Source: Gemmatimonas sp.
GTDB lineage: Bacteria; Gemmatimonadota; Gemmatimonadetes; Gemmatimonadales; Gemmatimonadaceae
Reading direction: 5' to 3' (one strand)
Length of the DNA stretch: 64,000 nt
Assembly: GCF_030833075.1 (NCBI RefSeq)
Contig: NZ_JAURHX010000002.1
Below the pieces are notes generated by a model. It had not been told where the DNA came from. It made no database searches and saw nothing but the letters and a program-made list of their open reading frames with translations. The translations under genes were made by a program, and so were the position numbers. This document shows positions 45,654 through 57,450 of this stretch, piece after piece (within the stretch, counting starts at the first letter, position 1; every line of letters begins with the position of its first letter).

Positions 45654-46838
45654 ATGTCGCTCATCCCGCTTACCGAAACGCAACAGGAAATCCAGCGCCT
45701 CGCCCGCGAATACGCGCAGCGTGAACTCGTGGCGCTCGCCGGTGAACGCGATCGCGAATCCCGCTTCGATCGCGCCATGGTGCAGCAGATGGCCGCATTG
45801 GGCTTTCTCGGCATGCTCATCCCCGAGCAGTACGACGGCCTGGGGCTCGATGCCCAGAGCTACCTGCTCGCGCTCGAGGAGATCGCGGTGGGTGACGCGT
45901 CGGCCGCCGTGACGCTCAGCGTGCACAACTCGCTGCCCACGCAGATGGTGCTCAACTTCGGCAACGAGGCGCAGCGCACGCACTTCCTGCCGCCCATGGC
46001 GCGCGGTGAGTGGCTCGGGGCCTTTGCGCTCTCCGAACCCGAAGCCGGATCAGACGCCGGGAGTCTGCGCGCGCAGGCGGTGCGCGACGGTGATCACTGG
46101 GTGCTCAACGGTACCAAGGCGTGGGTGAGTCACGGCAACGAGGCGCAGGTGATTCTCTGCATGGCGCGCACCGACTCGCCCGACGCGCGCAAGGGCAGCA
46201 AGGGGATCAGCACATTCATCCTCACCCCCGACTTGCCCGGCTTCCATCTTACCAAGAAGGAAAACAAGCTGGGACTGCGCGCCTCGCCCACGCTGCAGAT
46301 CGTGCTCGACAACTGCCGGGTGCCGGCCGATCGCCTGCTCGGCGAGGAAGGGAAGGGGCTCACCTACGCGCTCGGGTCGCTCGACCACGGGCGCCTCGGC
46401 ATTGCCGCGCAGGCCATCGGCATTGCGCGCGCCGCGCTCGAAGCCAGCGTGAAGTACGTGGGTGAGCGCAAGCAGTTCGGCAAGAATATCGGCGAGTTCC
46501 AGGCCATCCAGTTCAAGCTGGCGGACATGGCCACTCGCATCACCGCGGCGCGCACGCTATTGCACTCGGCAGCGGCCGCCAAGGAGCGCGGCGAGAAGAT
46601 CACACGCTTCAGCAGCATGGCGAAACTCTTCGCGTCGGAGACCGCCATGTGGGTCACCACCCAGGCCGTGCAGATCTTCGGCGGTTACGGGTATGTGACC
46701 GACTATCCCGTGGAGCGGCACATGCGTGACGCGAAGGTCACGGAAATCTACGAGGGGACCTCGGAAATCCAGCGCATCGTGATCGCGCGTGAGACGCTGG
46801 CCGCAGCGGCGGCCGCGGACGGCTCGCTTCCCGACTGA
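45654..46838 (+). CDS. Acyl-CoA dehydrogenase (short/branched-chain type)
   Basis: 'FALSEPEAGSD', 'NG.K.W', 'GRLGIAAQ', 'QIFGGYGY', 'IYEGTSEIQ'. Confidence 0.93.
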   Translation: MSLIPLTETQQEIQRLAREYAQRELVALAGERDRESRFDRAMVQQMAALGFLGMLIPEQYDGLGLDAQSYLLALEEIAVGDASAAVTLSVHNSLPTQMVLNFGNEAQRTHFLPPMARGEWLGAFALSEPEAGSDAGSLRAQAVRDGDHWVLNGTKAWVSHGNEAQVILCMARTDSPDARKGSKGISTFILTPDLPGFHLTKKENKLGLRASPTLQIVLDNCRVPADRLLGEEGKGLTYALGSLDHGRLGIAAQAIGIARAALEASVKYVGERKQFGKNIGEFQAIQFKLADMATRITAARTLLHSAAAAKERGEKITRFSSMAKLFASETAMWVTTQAVQIFGGYGYVTDYPVERHMRDAKVTEIYEGTSEIQRIVIARETLAAAAAADGSLPD

Positions 46839-46894
46839 TTATTTTGTCCCGCTGTGTTCGTTTGCGACCACCTTCACGCCCAGTGAGCTGACTC

Positions 46895-47389
46895 ATGGTT
46901 GACGTTGCACGCCCCGGCGAGCGCATTCCCATTGCCTCTGATCACGCCGGATTCGAACTCAAGGAGCGGCTGCGTGTGGTGCTCGGCGAGTTGGGCTACG
47001 AGGTGGAGGACATCGGCACGCACAGCACGGCCAGCACCGACTACCCCGACTACGCCCACCCGCTCTCGCAGCAGGTGAGCGACGGCGCGGTAGACCGGGG
47101 GATCCTGCTGTGCGGCACCGGGCTGGGCATGAGCTACGTGGCCAACCGCTACCCCGGCGTGCGCGCCGCGGTAGTGTGGAACCCCGAAATCGCCAGCCTC
47201 GCCCGGAAGCACAACGACGCGAACGTTCTGGTGCTGCCCGCGCGTTTCGTCTCCGACGAGGACGCGGTGGCCATTCTCAAGACGTGGCTGGAGACGCCCT
47301 TCGAGGGCGGCCGGCACGGCACGCGCGTGACCAAGATCGAACACACGAACGAACAGAACGGAGCCGAAGCTCTGGGGAGTGGGGCATGA
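46895..47389 (+). CDS. rpiB: Ribose 5-phosphate isomerase B
   Basis: 'SDHAG', 'DYPD', 'CGTG.G', 'HNDANVL', 'FEGGRH..R'. Confidence 0.95.
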   Translation: MVDVARPGERIPIASDHAGFELKERLRVVLGELGYEVEDIGTHSTASTDYPDYAHPLSQQVSDGAVDRGILLCGTGLGMSYVANRYPGVRAAVVWNPEIASLARKHNDANVLVLPARFVSDEDAVAILKTWLETPFEGGRHGTRVTKIEHTNEQNGAEALGSGA

Positions 47390-48696
47390 GTGCAGGAGCG
47401 AGGGCCGGAGATAGCGTGAGCTGGTCCAACTGGGACCGGCTGCCACCCGGGGGCGCGCTGAGCGCGACGGATCCGGAAATCGCGCACCTGCTCACCGAGG
47501 AAGTGGAGCGCCAGAGTGACGGTCTCGAACTCATCGCCAGCGAGAACTTCGTATCGCCGGCGGTCATGGAAGCCATGGGCTCGCCGCTCACCAACAAGTA
47601 TGCGGAGGGCCTGCCCGGCAAGCGCTACTATGGTGGCTGTGAAGTGGTGGACAAGATCGAGCAACTGGCCATCGATCGGGCCAAGCAGCTGTTCGGCGCC
47701 GACCACGCCAACGTGCAGCCGCACAGCGGCGCGAGCGCCAACGCCGCGGTGTTCCTCGCCTTCATGAAGCCTGGCGAAACGTTCCTCGGCATGGATCTGT
47801 CGCAGGGCGGGCACCTCACGCACGGCTCGCCGGTCAACTTCTCCGGCCTGTTGTACAAGGCCGTGTCGTACGGCGTGACCGGCAACGGCATCATCGACTA
47901 CGAGCACATGCGCGCGCAGGCCCGCGAGCACAAGCCGAAGATGATCATTGCCGGCTACAGCGCGTACTCTCGCGAGATCGACTGGCAGGCGTTCGCCGAC
48001 ATTGCCAAGGAAGTGGGCGCGCTGTTCTGGGTGGACATGGCGCATTTCGCCGGTCTCGCGGCCACGGGGGCCTATCCGTCGCCGGTGCCCTTCGCCGATG
48101 TGGTGACCAGCACGACGCACAAGACGCTGCGTGGCCCGCGCGGCGGCATCATCCTGTGCAAGGCCGAGCACGCCAAGGCCATCGACAAGGCGATGTTCCC
48201 CGGCATGCAGGGCGGGCCGTTGGAGCACGTCATTGCCGCGAAGGCCGTGGCGTTCCACGAGGCGCTGCAGCCCTCGTTCACCGTGTACTGCCGGCAGGTC
48301 GTGCAGAACGCGCAGGTGCTCGCCTCGGCACTCGTGGCGCGCGGCTATCACATCGTGAGTGGCGGCACCGACAACCATCTCATGCTTGTCGATCTGCGCA
48401 ACAAGGGGCTCACCGGCAAGGTGGCCGAGAAGGTGCTCGACCACGCCGGGATCACCGTCAACAAGAACACGGTGCCCAACGAAACGCAGTCGCCGTTCAT
48501 CACGAGCGGCATTCGTATCGGCACGCCGGCGGTCACTACGCGTGGCATGGACGGCGATGCCATGCAGCAGATCGCGGCGCTCATCGACCGCGTGCTGAGT
48601 GATCATGAGAACGCCGACACGGTGGCGGCGGTGAAGGCCGATGTGAAGGCGCTCGCCGACCGGTTCCCGCTCTACCGCGCTGTCGCGCCGGTCTGA
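47386..48696 (+). CDS. glyA: Serine hydroxymethyltransferase
   Basis: 'LIASENF', '[14 protein letters not shown]', 'GGHLTHG', '[12 protein letters not shown]'. ATGA overlap with the rpiB stop. Confidence 0.97.
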   Translation: MSAGARAGDSVSWSNWDRLPPGGALSATDPEIAHLLTEEVERQSDGLELIASENFVSPAVMEAMGSPLTNKYAEGLPGKRYYGGCEVVDKIEQLAIDRAKQLFGADHANVQPHSGASANAAVFLAFMKPGETFLGMDLSQGGHLTHGSPVNFSGLLYKAVSYGVTGNGIIDYEHMRAQAREHKPKMIIAGYSAYSREIDWQAFADIAKEVGALFWVDMAHFAGLAATGAYPSPVPFADVVTSTTHKTLRGPRGGIILCKAEHAKAIDKAMFPGMQGGPLEHVIAAKAVAFHEALQPSFTVYCRQVVQNAQVLASALVARGYHIVSGGTDNHLMLVDLRNKGLTGKVAEKVLDHAGITVNKNTVPNETQSPFITSGIRIGTPAVTTRGMDGDAMQQIAALIDRVLSDHENADTVAAVKADVKALADRFPLYRAVAPV

Positions 48697-48963
48697 GAAG
48701 GGCGAGATCCCGGGATGATGCCCGGGTAACCTGGCGGGTTGCCGCGCGTCGTGCAGACATGACGCGCGCCTAACCCGTGCATGCAGCGGGACTTCCACCA
48801 CATGCCATCACAAAGCTGTGGGCGGCGACCCGGGCGGGTGACTGCGGGAGTTGTGGCCACCCGTGCTCGTCGGCAGTATTCACGTCCCGTAGGAGCGCGC
48901 GGGCCCATCGAGGACCGCGTGTCGCAGTCAACTGTCGTCGCACCACTCGAGAGGCAGCACAGC

Positions 48964-49347
48964 GTGTCCGAATTGGCGTTCCGTGAAGGCATCATGGATC
49001 AGATCCGTCTGCGTGAGCAGCGGTTCGACGAACGCGCATACCTGTTCGTACTGTCGGCCCTCGAGCACAGTCAGACACGCCTGATCGAGCGTCGCCACAT
49101 CAGCGGCCCCGAACTCGCAAATGCCTGCCGTGAACTCGCGCTGCACCGCTTCGGCGTGATGGCGCGCGTGGTGCTCTCATCCTGGGGCGTGCGCTCCACC
49201 ATGGACATCGGCGACATCGTCTTCACGTTGGTTGACCTCGGGTTGCTGGTCAGCCAGGCGCAGGACAGCCGCGATGACTTTTACGGCGTGTTCGATTTCG
49301 AGGACGCGTTCGAGCGCGAATATCCATGGAGCACGGCGCACGTCTGA
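48964..49347 (+). CDS. Minf_1886 family small protein
   Basis: 'AYLFV..AL', 'RHISG.EL', 'FG.MA..VL..WG...T.D.G.IVF.LV..G'. Start approximate. Confidence 0.75.
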   Translation: MSELAFREGIMDQIRLREQRFDERAYLFVLSALEHSQTRLIERRHISGPELANACRELALHRFGVMARVVLSSWGVRSTMDIGDIVFTLVDLGLLVSQAQDSRDDFYGVFDFEDAFEREYPWSTAHV

Positions 49348-51011
49348 ACGTGCCGCCCCGCGCCTTGCGCGTCACCACCGCGGCTGAAGCGGCGGCGCGC
49401 GATCGCCGCGCCATCGATGCCGGCACGCCCTCGTTCGACCTCATGCTGCAGGCCGGGACCGCGGCGGCCTCGTGGCTGCTCCGCGAGTGCGCGGAGCTGC
49501 TGGCGCACGGCGTCGCACTGCACGCAGGCTCGGGAAACAACGGTGGCGATGCGTACATCGTCGCCGCCCAACTCGCCCGCGCCGGTGTGACCGTGCGGCT
49601 GCACGCCAGCCTGCCACCGCGTACACCGGACGCCCGGCAGGCCGCGCAACTCGCTCAGCCCTACCTCGTGCATGGCGCGCCCACCGGCCGTGAGCGTCTG
49701 GTGGTCGACGGCCTGCTCGGCACGGGGCACCACGGCCCGCTGCGCGACATCCTCGCCGCCGATTGCGCGCGCCTCGGGGTCGCGCGTGACGGGGGGGCCA
49801 CCCTCGTTGCCCTCGATCTGCCCAGCGGGCTCGATGCCACCACGGGCGAGGTGGCCGAGGGGAGCGTACCGGCGCACGTGACACTCTCGTTCGGCACGTT
49901 CAAGCGCGGTACGCTGCTGCGGCGCGAGCATGTGGGGCGGCTCGTGCTGCTCGACATCGGCCTGCGTCTCCATGGGGACGTGCCAGGCGAACACGACGAC
50001 GAGGCGTGGTGTCTGGCCGGCGGGGACACGCTCCGTGCGCTCGGCCAGACGGCACGGGAGGCCGATGCGTGGACATCGCACAAGGGTGTCCGGGGACGCG
50101 TCGGTATCGCTGGCGGCGATGCGGGGATGGCGGGTGCCGTCGTCCTCGCCAGTCTGGCCGCGTTGCGCACGGGCGCGGGGCTCGTGCACGCCATCGTGCA
50201 TGAGGCGAGTGTCGCACCGGTGCAATCGCTCGTGCCTCAGGCCCTCGCGCACTGCTGGCCGTTGAAGCCAACGAGCCGGCAGTCCGACGACACCACGACG
50301 GCCAAGCAAACCGTGGTCGGTCGCCCCACCCCCGGCCCGATCGATGCCGATCCGCGCTACGACGCGCTCGCCATGGGGCCCGGACTGGGCCGCTCGCGGG
50401 CGTCGGCGACGGCGATGCAGCGGCTGCTCGACATTCACCGCGGGACCCCGCTCGTGCTCGATGCCGACGCCCTGTGGCTTGCCGCCGATGCCGCCAACGC
50501 GCAGGGGACCGACACCGCGTCGATGCTGCGACAGTGGACCCGTGACACTCCGCAGGTCGTGTGCACACCGCACCCGGGGGAATTCGCACGCCTGCTCGGT
50601 ACGCCACTCCCCGCATCGTGGGACGCACGCGCCGCGCGACTCATCGAATTCGCCGCGCGCGCCAACTGCACCGTGCTGCTCAAGGGGACGCCCACGCTCG
50701 TGGCCGTACCGGACGGACAGCCGCTCTGGGTGGTACCGCACGGGACGCCCATGCTCGCGACCGGCGGCAGCGGCGACTGTCTCACCGGCATCATCGCCAC
50801 GCTGCTCGCGCAGCGCTGTCCGGCGCGTGATGCGGCGGTGCTCGGGGCCACGCTGCACGGTCGTGCCGCCGAGCGCGCCACGGCGGCACAGGGCACGACG
50901 CGCGGCGGGACCCTCGATGACGTGATGCGTGAGCTGGGCGCCGTGTGGGCCGACATTGCCCGCGCGGAGCCGCGTGCGCCGTACGTGTTGAACGAACTTC
51001 CGGCCGTCTAG
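49326..51011 (+). CDS. nnr: Bifunctional NAD(P)H-hydrate epimerase / dehydratase
   Basis: YjeF_N motifs 'G.GNNGGD', 'DGLLGTG', 'DLPSG'. Dehydratase motifs 'SHKG', 'GPGLG', 'DADAL', 'TPHPGEF', 'ATGGSGD.L.G'. Start may be GTG 49350. Confidence 0.93.
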   Translation: MEHGARLNVPPRALRVTTAAEAAARDRRAIDAGTPSFDLMLQAGTAAASWLLRECAELLAHGVALHAGSGNNGGDAYIVAAQLARAGVTVRLHASLPPRTPDARQAAQLAQPYLVHGAPTGRERLVVDGLLGTGHHGPLRDILAADCARLGVARDGGATLVALDLPSGLDATTGEVAEGSVPAHVTLSFGTFKRGTLLRREHVGRLVLLDIGLRLHGDVPGEHDDEAWCLAGGDTLRALGQTAREADAWTSHKGVRGRVGIAGGDAGMAGAVVLASLAALRTGAGLVHAIVHEASVAPVQSLVPQALAHCWPLKPTSRQSDDTTTAKQTVVGRPTPGPIDADPRYDALAMGPGLGRSRASATAMQRLLDIHRGTPLVLDADALWLAADAANAQGTDTASMLRQWTRDTPQVVCTPHPGEFARLLGTPLPASWDARAARLIEFAARANCTVLLKGTPTLVAVPDGQPLWVVPHGTPMLATGGSGDCLTGIIATLLAQRCPARDAAVLGATLHGRAAERATAAQGTTRGGTLDDVMRELGAVWADIARAEPRAPYVLNELPAV

Positions 51012-51022
51012 GCGGCGCCCGC

Positions 51023-52735
51023 ATGCGCTGGCAGATGCCGAGCGTCGCCGTGGCCGTCGCGCTGTGCACGGCGTGCGCGCCGCTGCCGCCGGGTGCCGGG
51101 TCGCCCATCGCCGTCAGCGTGGACGAGGAGCGTGTCGTGGTGGGCAGCTTCGCGGTGATCGACGCGGTGGCCGTTTCCCGACGGTTCGTCTTCGCGGCCG
51201 GTCCCGGCGGCGTGGCCGTGTACGATCGGGTCGGCGAGCGGTTCATGGCGCCGGCCTCGCGTGATCTCGATCGCGAACTCGGGCGCGATCCGCAGTCGTT
51301 CGCGGCGCCACCGCTCGCGGGCTTCGGGGCGTCCGTTTCGGTCATGGCCGGTGATCCGTTCGAGGACGCGCTGTGGATCGGTGTACCGGGGGCGGTCCTC
51401 ATCTACCGGCCGTTCACGGGACAGGTGCAACGCACGATCGTGACGGGGATGCCGCAGCGCATCGTCTTCGACCGCAGCGGGAGCGGGGATGCACTGGTGC
51501 TCAGCAGCGGGCACTGGACACGCGTGTCGCGCGTGGGCATCGCCACGCCGGCCAACGCGCCAACGGCGCAGCAGGTCGTCATGCCGCCCAGCACGGCCGA
51601 CCTGCTGAACCGCTATCCCGGACTGCGGACGCAGCCGCAGCTCCTGCTGCGACGCACCGCGCCCACTCGACCCATCGGCACGTTCGCCCTCACCGCCGTC
51701 GCCGCCGCTCCCGATCGCACCAGCGAGCTGTGGCTCGGTACCGACGGGGAGGGGCTGTTCCGCTTCGATCCCGTCTTCGGGCAGGGCGCGTCATTGCCCT
51801 ACGGCCTGCTCGACGCCGGTGCCGGCGCGCTCGCCCCCGCCGCGAACGGCGTGTGGGTGGCGGGGCTCGGTCTGTCCCGGCGCGGTGGGCTCACCTTTGC
51901 CTCCGCCGATCTGCAACGGTGGCGCTGGATCGAGGGCACCATCACGGTACCGCTCGCCGGCATCCGAACCTTCGCCATGGCCACCCGCGGTTCGCGCGCG
52001 TGGCTGGGCACCGACCGGGGGCTCGTGCGCGCGCCGCTCGACGGCGCACAGGACATGCGCGCCACGACGCGGTTCGATGGACTCCCCGATGACCGCGTCT
52101 TCGCCGTGGCCGCGCGCGACGATGGCGCATGGGCGGGCACCGCCGGCGGTCTCGTGTTCGTGTCGGATTCACTCGGCGTCGGCACGCCGCTCCTGCGTGA
52201 CGCTGCGGTGTATGCGCTGCAGGTAACCGGCCGCACGCTGTGGGTGGGCACGCAGCGCGGACTCTTCACGACCCCGGCCTCAGGCATCGTGGGGATCGGC
52301 ACGGCGGCCGATGCCCCGCGGGCCGTGAGTGCCGGGGATGCTGCCGATCGCGTGGTGCGCACGCCCGTGCGCGCGCTCGCCGCGAGCGACACCGTCTTGC
52401 TGGTCGCCACCGACGACGCGGTGGCCGTATTGCATCCTGCGCCGGCGGCGGGCGGCATGGTGACCGCCGTAACGGGGCAGCCGGTGCCCGCGCTCGATCC
52501 GCGGCTGGTCGGCGAGGTCACGCGCGCGGCCGCCGATGAGCGCGCCTTCGTGGTGGCGGGGCGTGATGGCGTGGTGCTCGTGTCACGAGTGTCCGGCGCG
52601 CGGCGCGCGCTGCGGGTGCCGCTCGATGTACCCGGCCCCGTGTTCGATGTGCTCCTGCAGCGCGATGCGCTGTTCCTCGCGACGGCGCAGGGGCTGCTGC
52701 GCTATCGCCGGACGGGCGACGGCCTCGTGCCCTGA
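51023..52735 (+). CDS. Beta-propeller lipoprotein of unknown function
   Basis: Lipobox 'TAC'. Repeated 'LW.GT..GL' blades and 'GLPDDRV' (Reg_prop-like). Confidence 0.7.
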   Translation: MRWQMPSVAVAVALCTACAPLPPGAGSPIAVSVDEERVVVGSFAVIDAVAVSRRFVFAAGPGGVAVYDRVGERFMAPASRDLDRELGRDPQSFAAPPLAGFGASVSVMAGDPFEDALWIGVPGAVLIYRPFTGQVQRTIVTGMPQRIVFDRSGSGDALVLSSGHWTRVSRVGIATPANAPTAQQVVMPPSTADLLNRYPGLRTQPQLLLRRTAPTRPIGTFALTAVAAAPDRTSELWLGTDGEGLFRFDPVFGQGASLPYGLLDAGAGALAPAANGVWVAGLGLSRRGGLTFASADLQRWRWIEGTITVPLAGIRTFAMATRGSRAWLGTDRGLVRAPLDGAQDMRATTRFDGLPDDRVFAVAARDDGAWAGTAGGLVFVSDSLGVGTPLLRDAAVYALQVTGRTLWVGTQRGLFTTPASGIVGIGTAADAPRAVSAGDAADRVVRTPVRALAASDTVLLVATDDAVAVLHPAPAAGGMVTAVTGQPVPALDPRLVGEVTRAAADERAFVVAGRDGVVLVSRVSGARRALRVPLDVPGPVFDVLLQRDALFLATAQGLLRYRRTGDGLVP

Positions 52736-52761
52736 GCCACGCGCCGGCCTAGATTGCGGAC

Positions 52762-53730
52762 ATGTACAACACGCACGGCGGTTCCGGCGCGCCGTTTCGC
52801 GCGCACCAGGCCATGGGGCGCGGGGTGGAGTTCGACACCATCCGTACGCTGCTGGCCCGCTGGGGCGATCTGGCGGTGGACATCGGCGACGATGCAGCCG
52901 TGCTGCCCGCCGTCAGCGACGGCCAGCGCGTGGTGAGCACCGACGCCTGCGTGGAGGACGTGCACTTCCGTCGTGCGTGGCTCACCCCGTACCAGGTGGG
53001 ACACCGGGCGGCCGCGGCCGCGCTCTCCGATCTTGCCGCGATGGGCGCACGGGCGGACTGCATGTTGGTGGCCTTCATCGTGCCGGAGTCGTGGCAGGCC
53101 GACCTGGCCGAGGTGGCCGACGGCATCGGGGCGCAGGTGCGGGCGGCGGGGGCGCGCATCGTGGGCGGCAATCTCAGTCGCGGGCGCGTCTTCGCCATCA
53201 CCCTCACCGTGATCGGTGTGGCCGAACGCGTGGTGTCGCGGCGGGGCGCGGCGGTTGGTGACCTCGTGCTCGTGACCGGCGTGTTGGGCGGACCGGGCGC
53301 GGCACTCGCCGCGTGGGAGCGGGGGGAGTCTCCCCCGCCGTGGGCGCTGTCGCGATTCGTCGCGCCTGTGCCGCGTCTTGCCGCAGGGCGTGCCTTGGCG
53401 GCGGCGGGGGCCACGGCCATGCTCGACATCTCCGATGGATTGGCCGCCGATGCGCGGCACCTGGGCGCGGCCAGTGGTGTCCGGCTCGCCATCGATCCGG
53501 CGACCCTGCCGGTCGGCACTGGCGTGTCGCCCTCCAGCGCCCTTCTGAGCGGCGAAGAATACGAACTGCTGGTGACCATGCCTCGCGGGGCGTTTGAAGT
53601 CTTGGCGAGGCACTGGGAGGCCCGGGAAGACATCCCGTTGACGGTGATCGGCACCGTGGAGCAGGCGGCGGGGGACCACGCCATTGATGAGACCGCCGGT
53701 CACGATCACTTCCGCCCGGGCCAGTTGTAG
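52762..53730 (+). CDS. thiL: Thiamine-monophosphate kinase
   Basis: 'EFD.I', 'IGDDAAV', 'STD..VE.VHF', 'LSDLAAMGA', 'GGN', 'DISDGL', 'GEEYELL'. Confidence 0.93.
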   Translation: MYNTHGGSGAPFRAHQAMGRGVEFDTIRTLLARWGDLAVDIGDDAAVLPAVSDGQRVVSTDACVEDVHFRRAWLTPYQVGHRAAAAALSDLAAMGARADCMLVAFIVPESWQADLAEVADGIGAQVRAAGARIVGGNLSRGRVFAITLTVIGVAERVVSRRGAAVGDLVLVTGVLGGPGAALAAWERGESPPPWALSRFVAPVPRLAAGRALAAAGATAMLDISDGLAADARHLGAASGVRLAIDPATLPVGTGVSPSSALLSGEEYELLVTMPRGAFEVLARHWEAREDIPLTVIGTVEQAAGDHAIDETAGHDHFRPGQL

Positions 53731-53759
53731 CGGGCGACCGATTTCGCGAACTTCGATCG

Positions 53760-55953
<2,194 letters not shown>

Positions 55954-55967
55954 ACCGGTCCGCACGT

Positions 55968-56354
55968 ATGGCTGCCGTCAAGAAGACCGTGACGCGGGGT
56001 GGCACGTTGCTGCGCCGGCTCGCATGGGCAGCCGGCGTGCTGTTCGTGGTGTACTACGCCGTGGAAGGCGGTGAGTACGGGGCCAGCGACCTGCTGGGGC
56101 AGCGCGAGGACGTGGCCGAACTCGAGGCCGAACTCGCGCTGCTGCGTGACACGGTGGCCGTGCTCGACACCACGCTCACGCGGGTAAGCACCGACGACTA
56201 CACTCTCGAACGCATCGCGCGTGAAGAGTACGGACTCGTGCGCGGCGAGAAGGAATTGTTGTACTGGGTGGATGATCCGGCCGCGCGCGACAAGGCGGTG
56301 TCGGACAGCGGCGGCAGACGCGCAGCCGACGATAGCACGAAGGCGCCGGAATGA
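55968..56354 (+). CDS. ftsB: Septum formation initiator (FtsB/DivIC family)
   Basis: One TM segment, a coiled coil, 'LERIARE.YGLVR..E', and the conserved position after eno. Confidence 0.8.
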   Translation: MAAVKKTVTRGGTLLRRLAWAAGVLFVVYYAVEGGEYGASDLLGQREDVAELEAELALLRDTVAVLDTTLTRVSTDDYTLERIAREEYGLVRGEKELLYWVDDPAARDKAVSDSGGRRAADDSTKAPE

Positions 56355-56377
56355 GCGCGAATGGCCGGCGAGCGGGG

Positions 56378-56405
56378 TTGACTCTGCGGTTTCATCGGCT
56401 AATAT
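56378..56405 (+). promoter_or_regulatory. sigma70 promoter for the tRNA pair
   Basis: TTGACT-N16-TAATAT, 11 nt before tRNA-fMet. A 16-bp spacer is typical of stable-RNA promoters. Confidence 0.7.
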
Positions 56406-56416
56406 CCCAAGACTGC

Positions 56417-56490
<74 letters not shown>

Positions 56491-56498
56491 TAGCAATC

Positions 56499-56524
56499 GG
56501 CCGGTCCGAAAGGGCCGGCCGTTT
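56499..56524 (+). terminator. Hairpin after tRNA-fMet (terminator or processing site)
   Basis: GGCCGGTCC-GAAA-GGGCCGGCC then GTTT. Confidence 0.55.
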
Positions 56525-56572
56525 GCGTCCCACGAGTGCCGCGCCTGCTCCATGCGCGGATCACGCTTTTGG

Positions 56573-56646
56573 GGCTGGGTAGCTCAGCCGGTTAGAGCGC
56601 ACGACTCATAATCGTGAGGTCGAGAGTTCGAGTCTCTCCCCAGCTA
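56573..56646 (+). tRNA. tRNA with CAT anticodon (elongator Met most likely; Ile2 not excluded)
   Basis: GGCTGGG TA GCTC...GAGC G CACGA CTCATAA TCGTG AGGTC GAGAG TTCGAGT CTCTC CCCAGCT A. Confidence 0.92.
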
Positions 56647-56673
56647 CTGCATCGCGTCTCAACCAACATCGGC

Positions 56674-56699
56674 AAGGCCGGTCCGCTCGGGCCGGCTTT
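56674..56699 (+). terminator. Terminator hairpin after the second tRNA
   Basis: AAGGCCGGTCC-GCTC-GGGCCGGCTTT followed by gtcgtttc. Confidence 0.6.
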
Positions 56700-56818
56700 G
56701 TCGTTTCTCCAACCGCGAGCACGTTCCGGCGCTGCGCCTCCGGATCGTGTGGTACGGCAGTAAGCGCCTCTGCCCATCGCCAATGGCGCATCGCCGATGG
56801 CGCCTCACGACGTCCCGC

Positions 56819-57418
56819 TCAGCGTACCATCCAATCGACCTTGAGGTGCACGGTGCCCCACGCAATGGTGAGCGCGCCCTTCTGGGGGCCCGGCGCCGTG
56901 CCGGGCACCAGCGTGATGGCGAGGCTCTCCTGCGCGGTCGCGACCGTGGTGGCGGTGAGCGGAATGCGCGCGTAGTCCTTCGCCGCATCGTACGGCGCGA
57001 CGTTCACCTGCGCGGCGCCCGTCGTTTCCTGCTGCAGAATGAGCGTCCAGCCGCTGGGTTCGGGGAGCAGCTGCGCCACGTAGCGACCCTTCGCCACATC
57101 CTTGCCACCAATTGTCAGATCCACATCGGTGGTGAAGAGCGTGGCGGCGTTCGCGCCGAGTCGCCACACCTTGCCCATCGGCACGAGACTGTCGGTGAGC
57201 AGCTTGCGACCACGCAGGTGCGGCTGACCATAGTCGATGCGGACGAGCGCCGGCTTCCCCGCGGCGCGCTGCGCGGCGGTGTCGGCGAAGGTGAGCGACA
57301 TCTCGGCGATCGCGCGCGTGCTGGGGGCGGCACGACGCGCACCGGCTTGCGCATGCAGTTCCGTGGCGACGAGGCACGAGGCCATCATCGCGACGGCAAG
57401 CGAAGGAACACGAAGCAT
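56819..57418 (-). CDS. DUF2911 domain exported protein
   Basis: Signal peptide, 'IDYGQP.LRGR', 'VP.GKVWRLGAN.AT', 'G.Y', 'L.I.W'. Confidence 0.85.
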   Translation of the reverse strand: MLRVPSLAVAMMASCLVATELHAQAGARRAAPSTRAIAEMSLTFADTAAQRAAGKPALVRIDYGQPHLRGRKLLTDSLVPMGKVWRLGANAATLFTTDVDLTIGGKDVAKGRYVAQLLPEPSGWTLILQQETTGAAQVNVAPYDAAKDYARIPLTATTVATAQESLAITLVPGTAPGPQKGALTIAWGTVHLKVDWMVR

Positions 57419-57450
57419 GGGAAATTCCAGGGTCGGGAGTGGATGGTTGC

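Noticed and set aside
52736-52761. TPP riboswitch before thiL
   Set aside because: The spacer is only 26 nt and has no TPP consensus.
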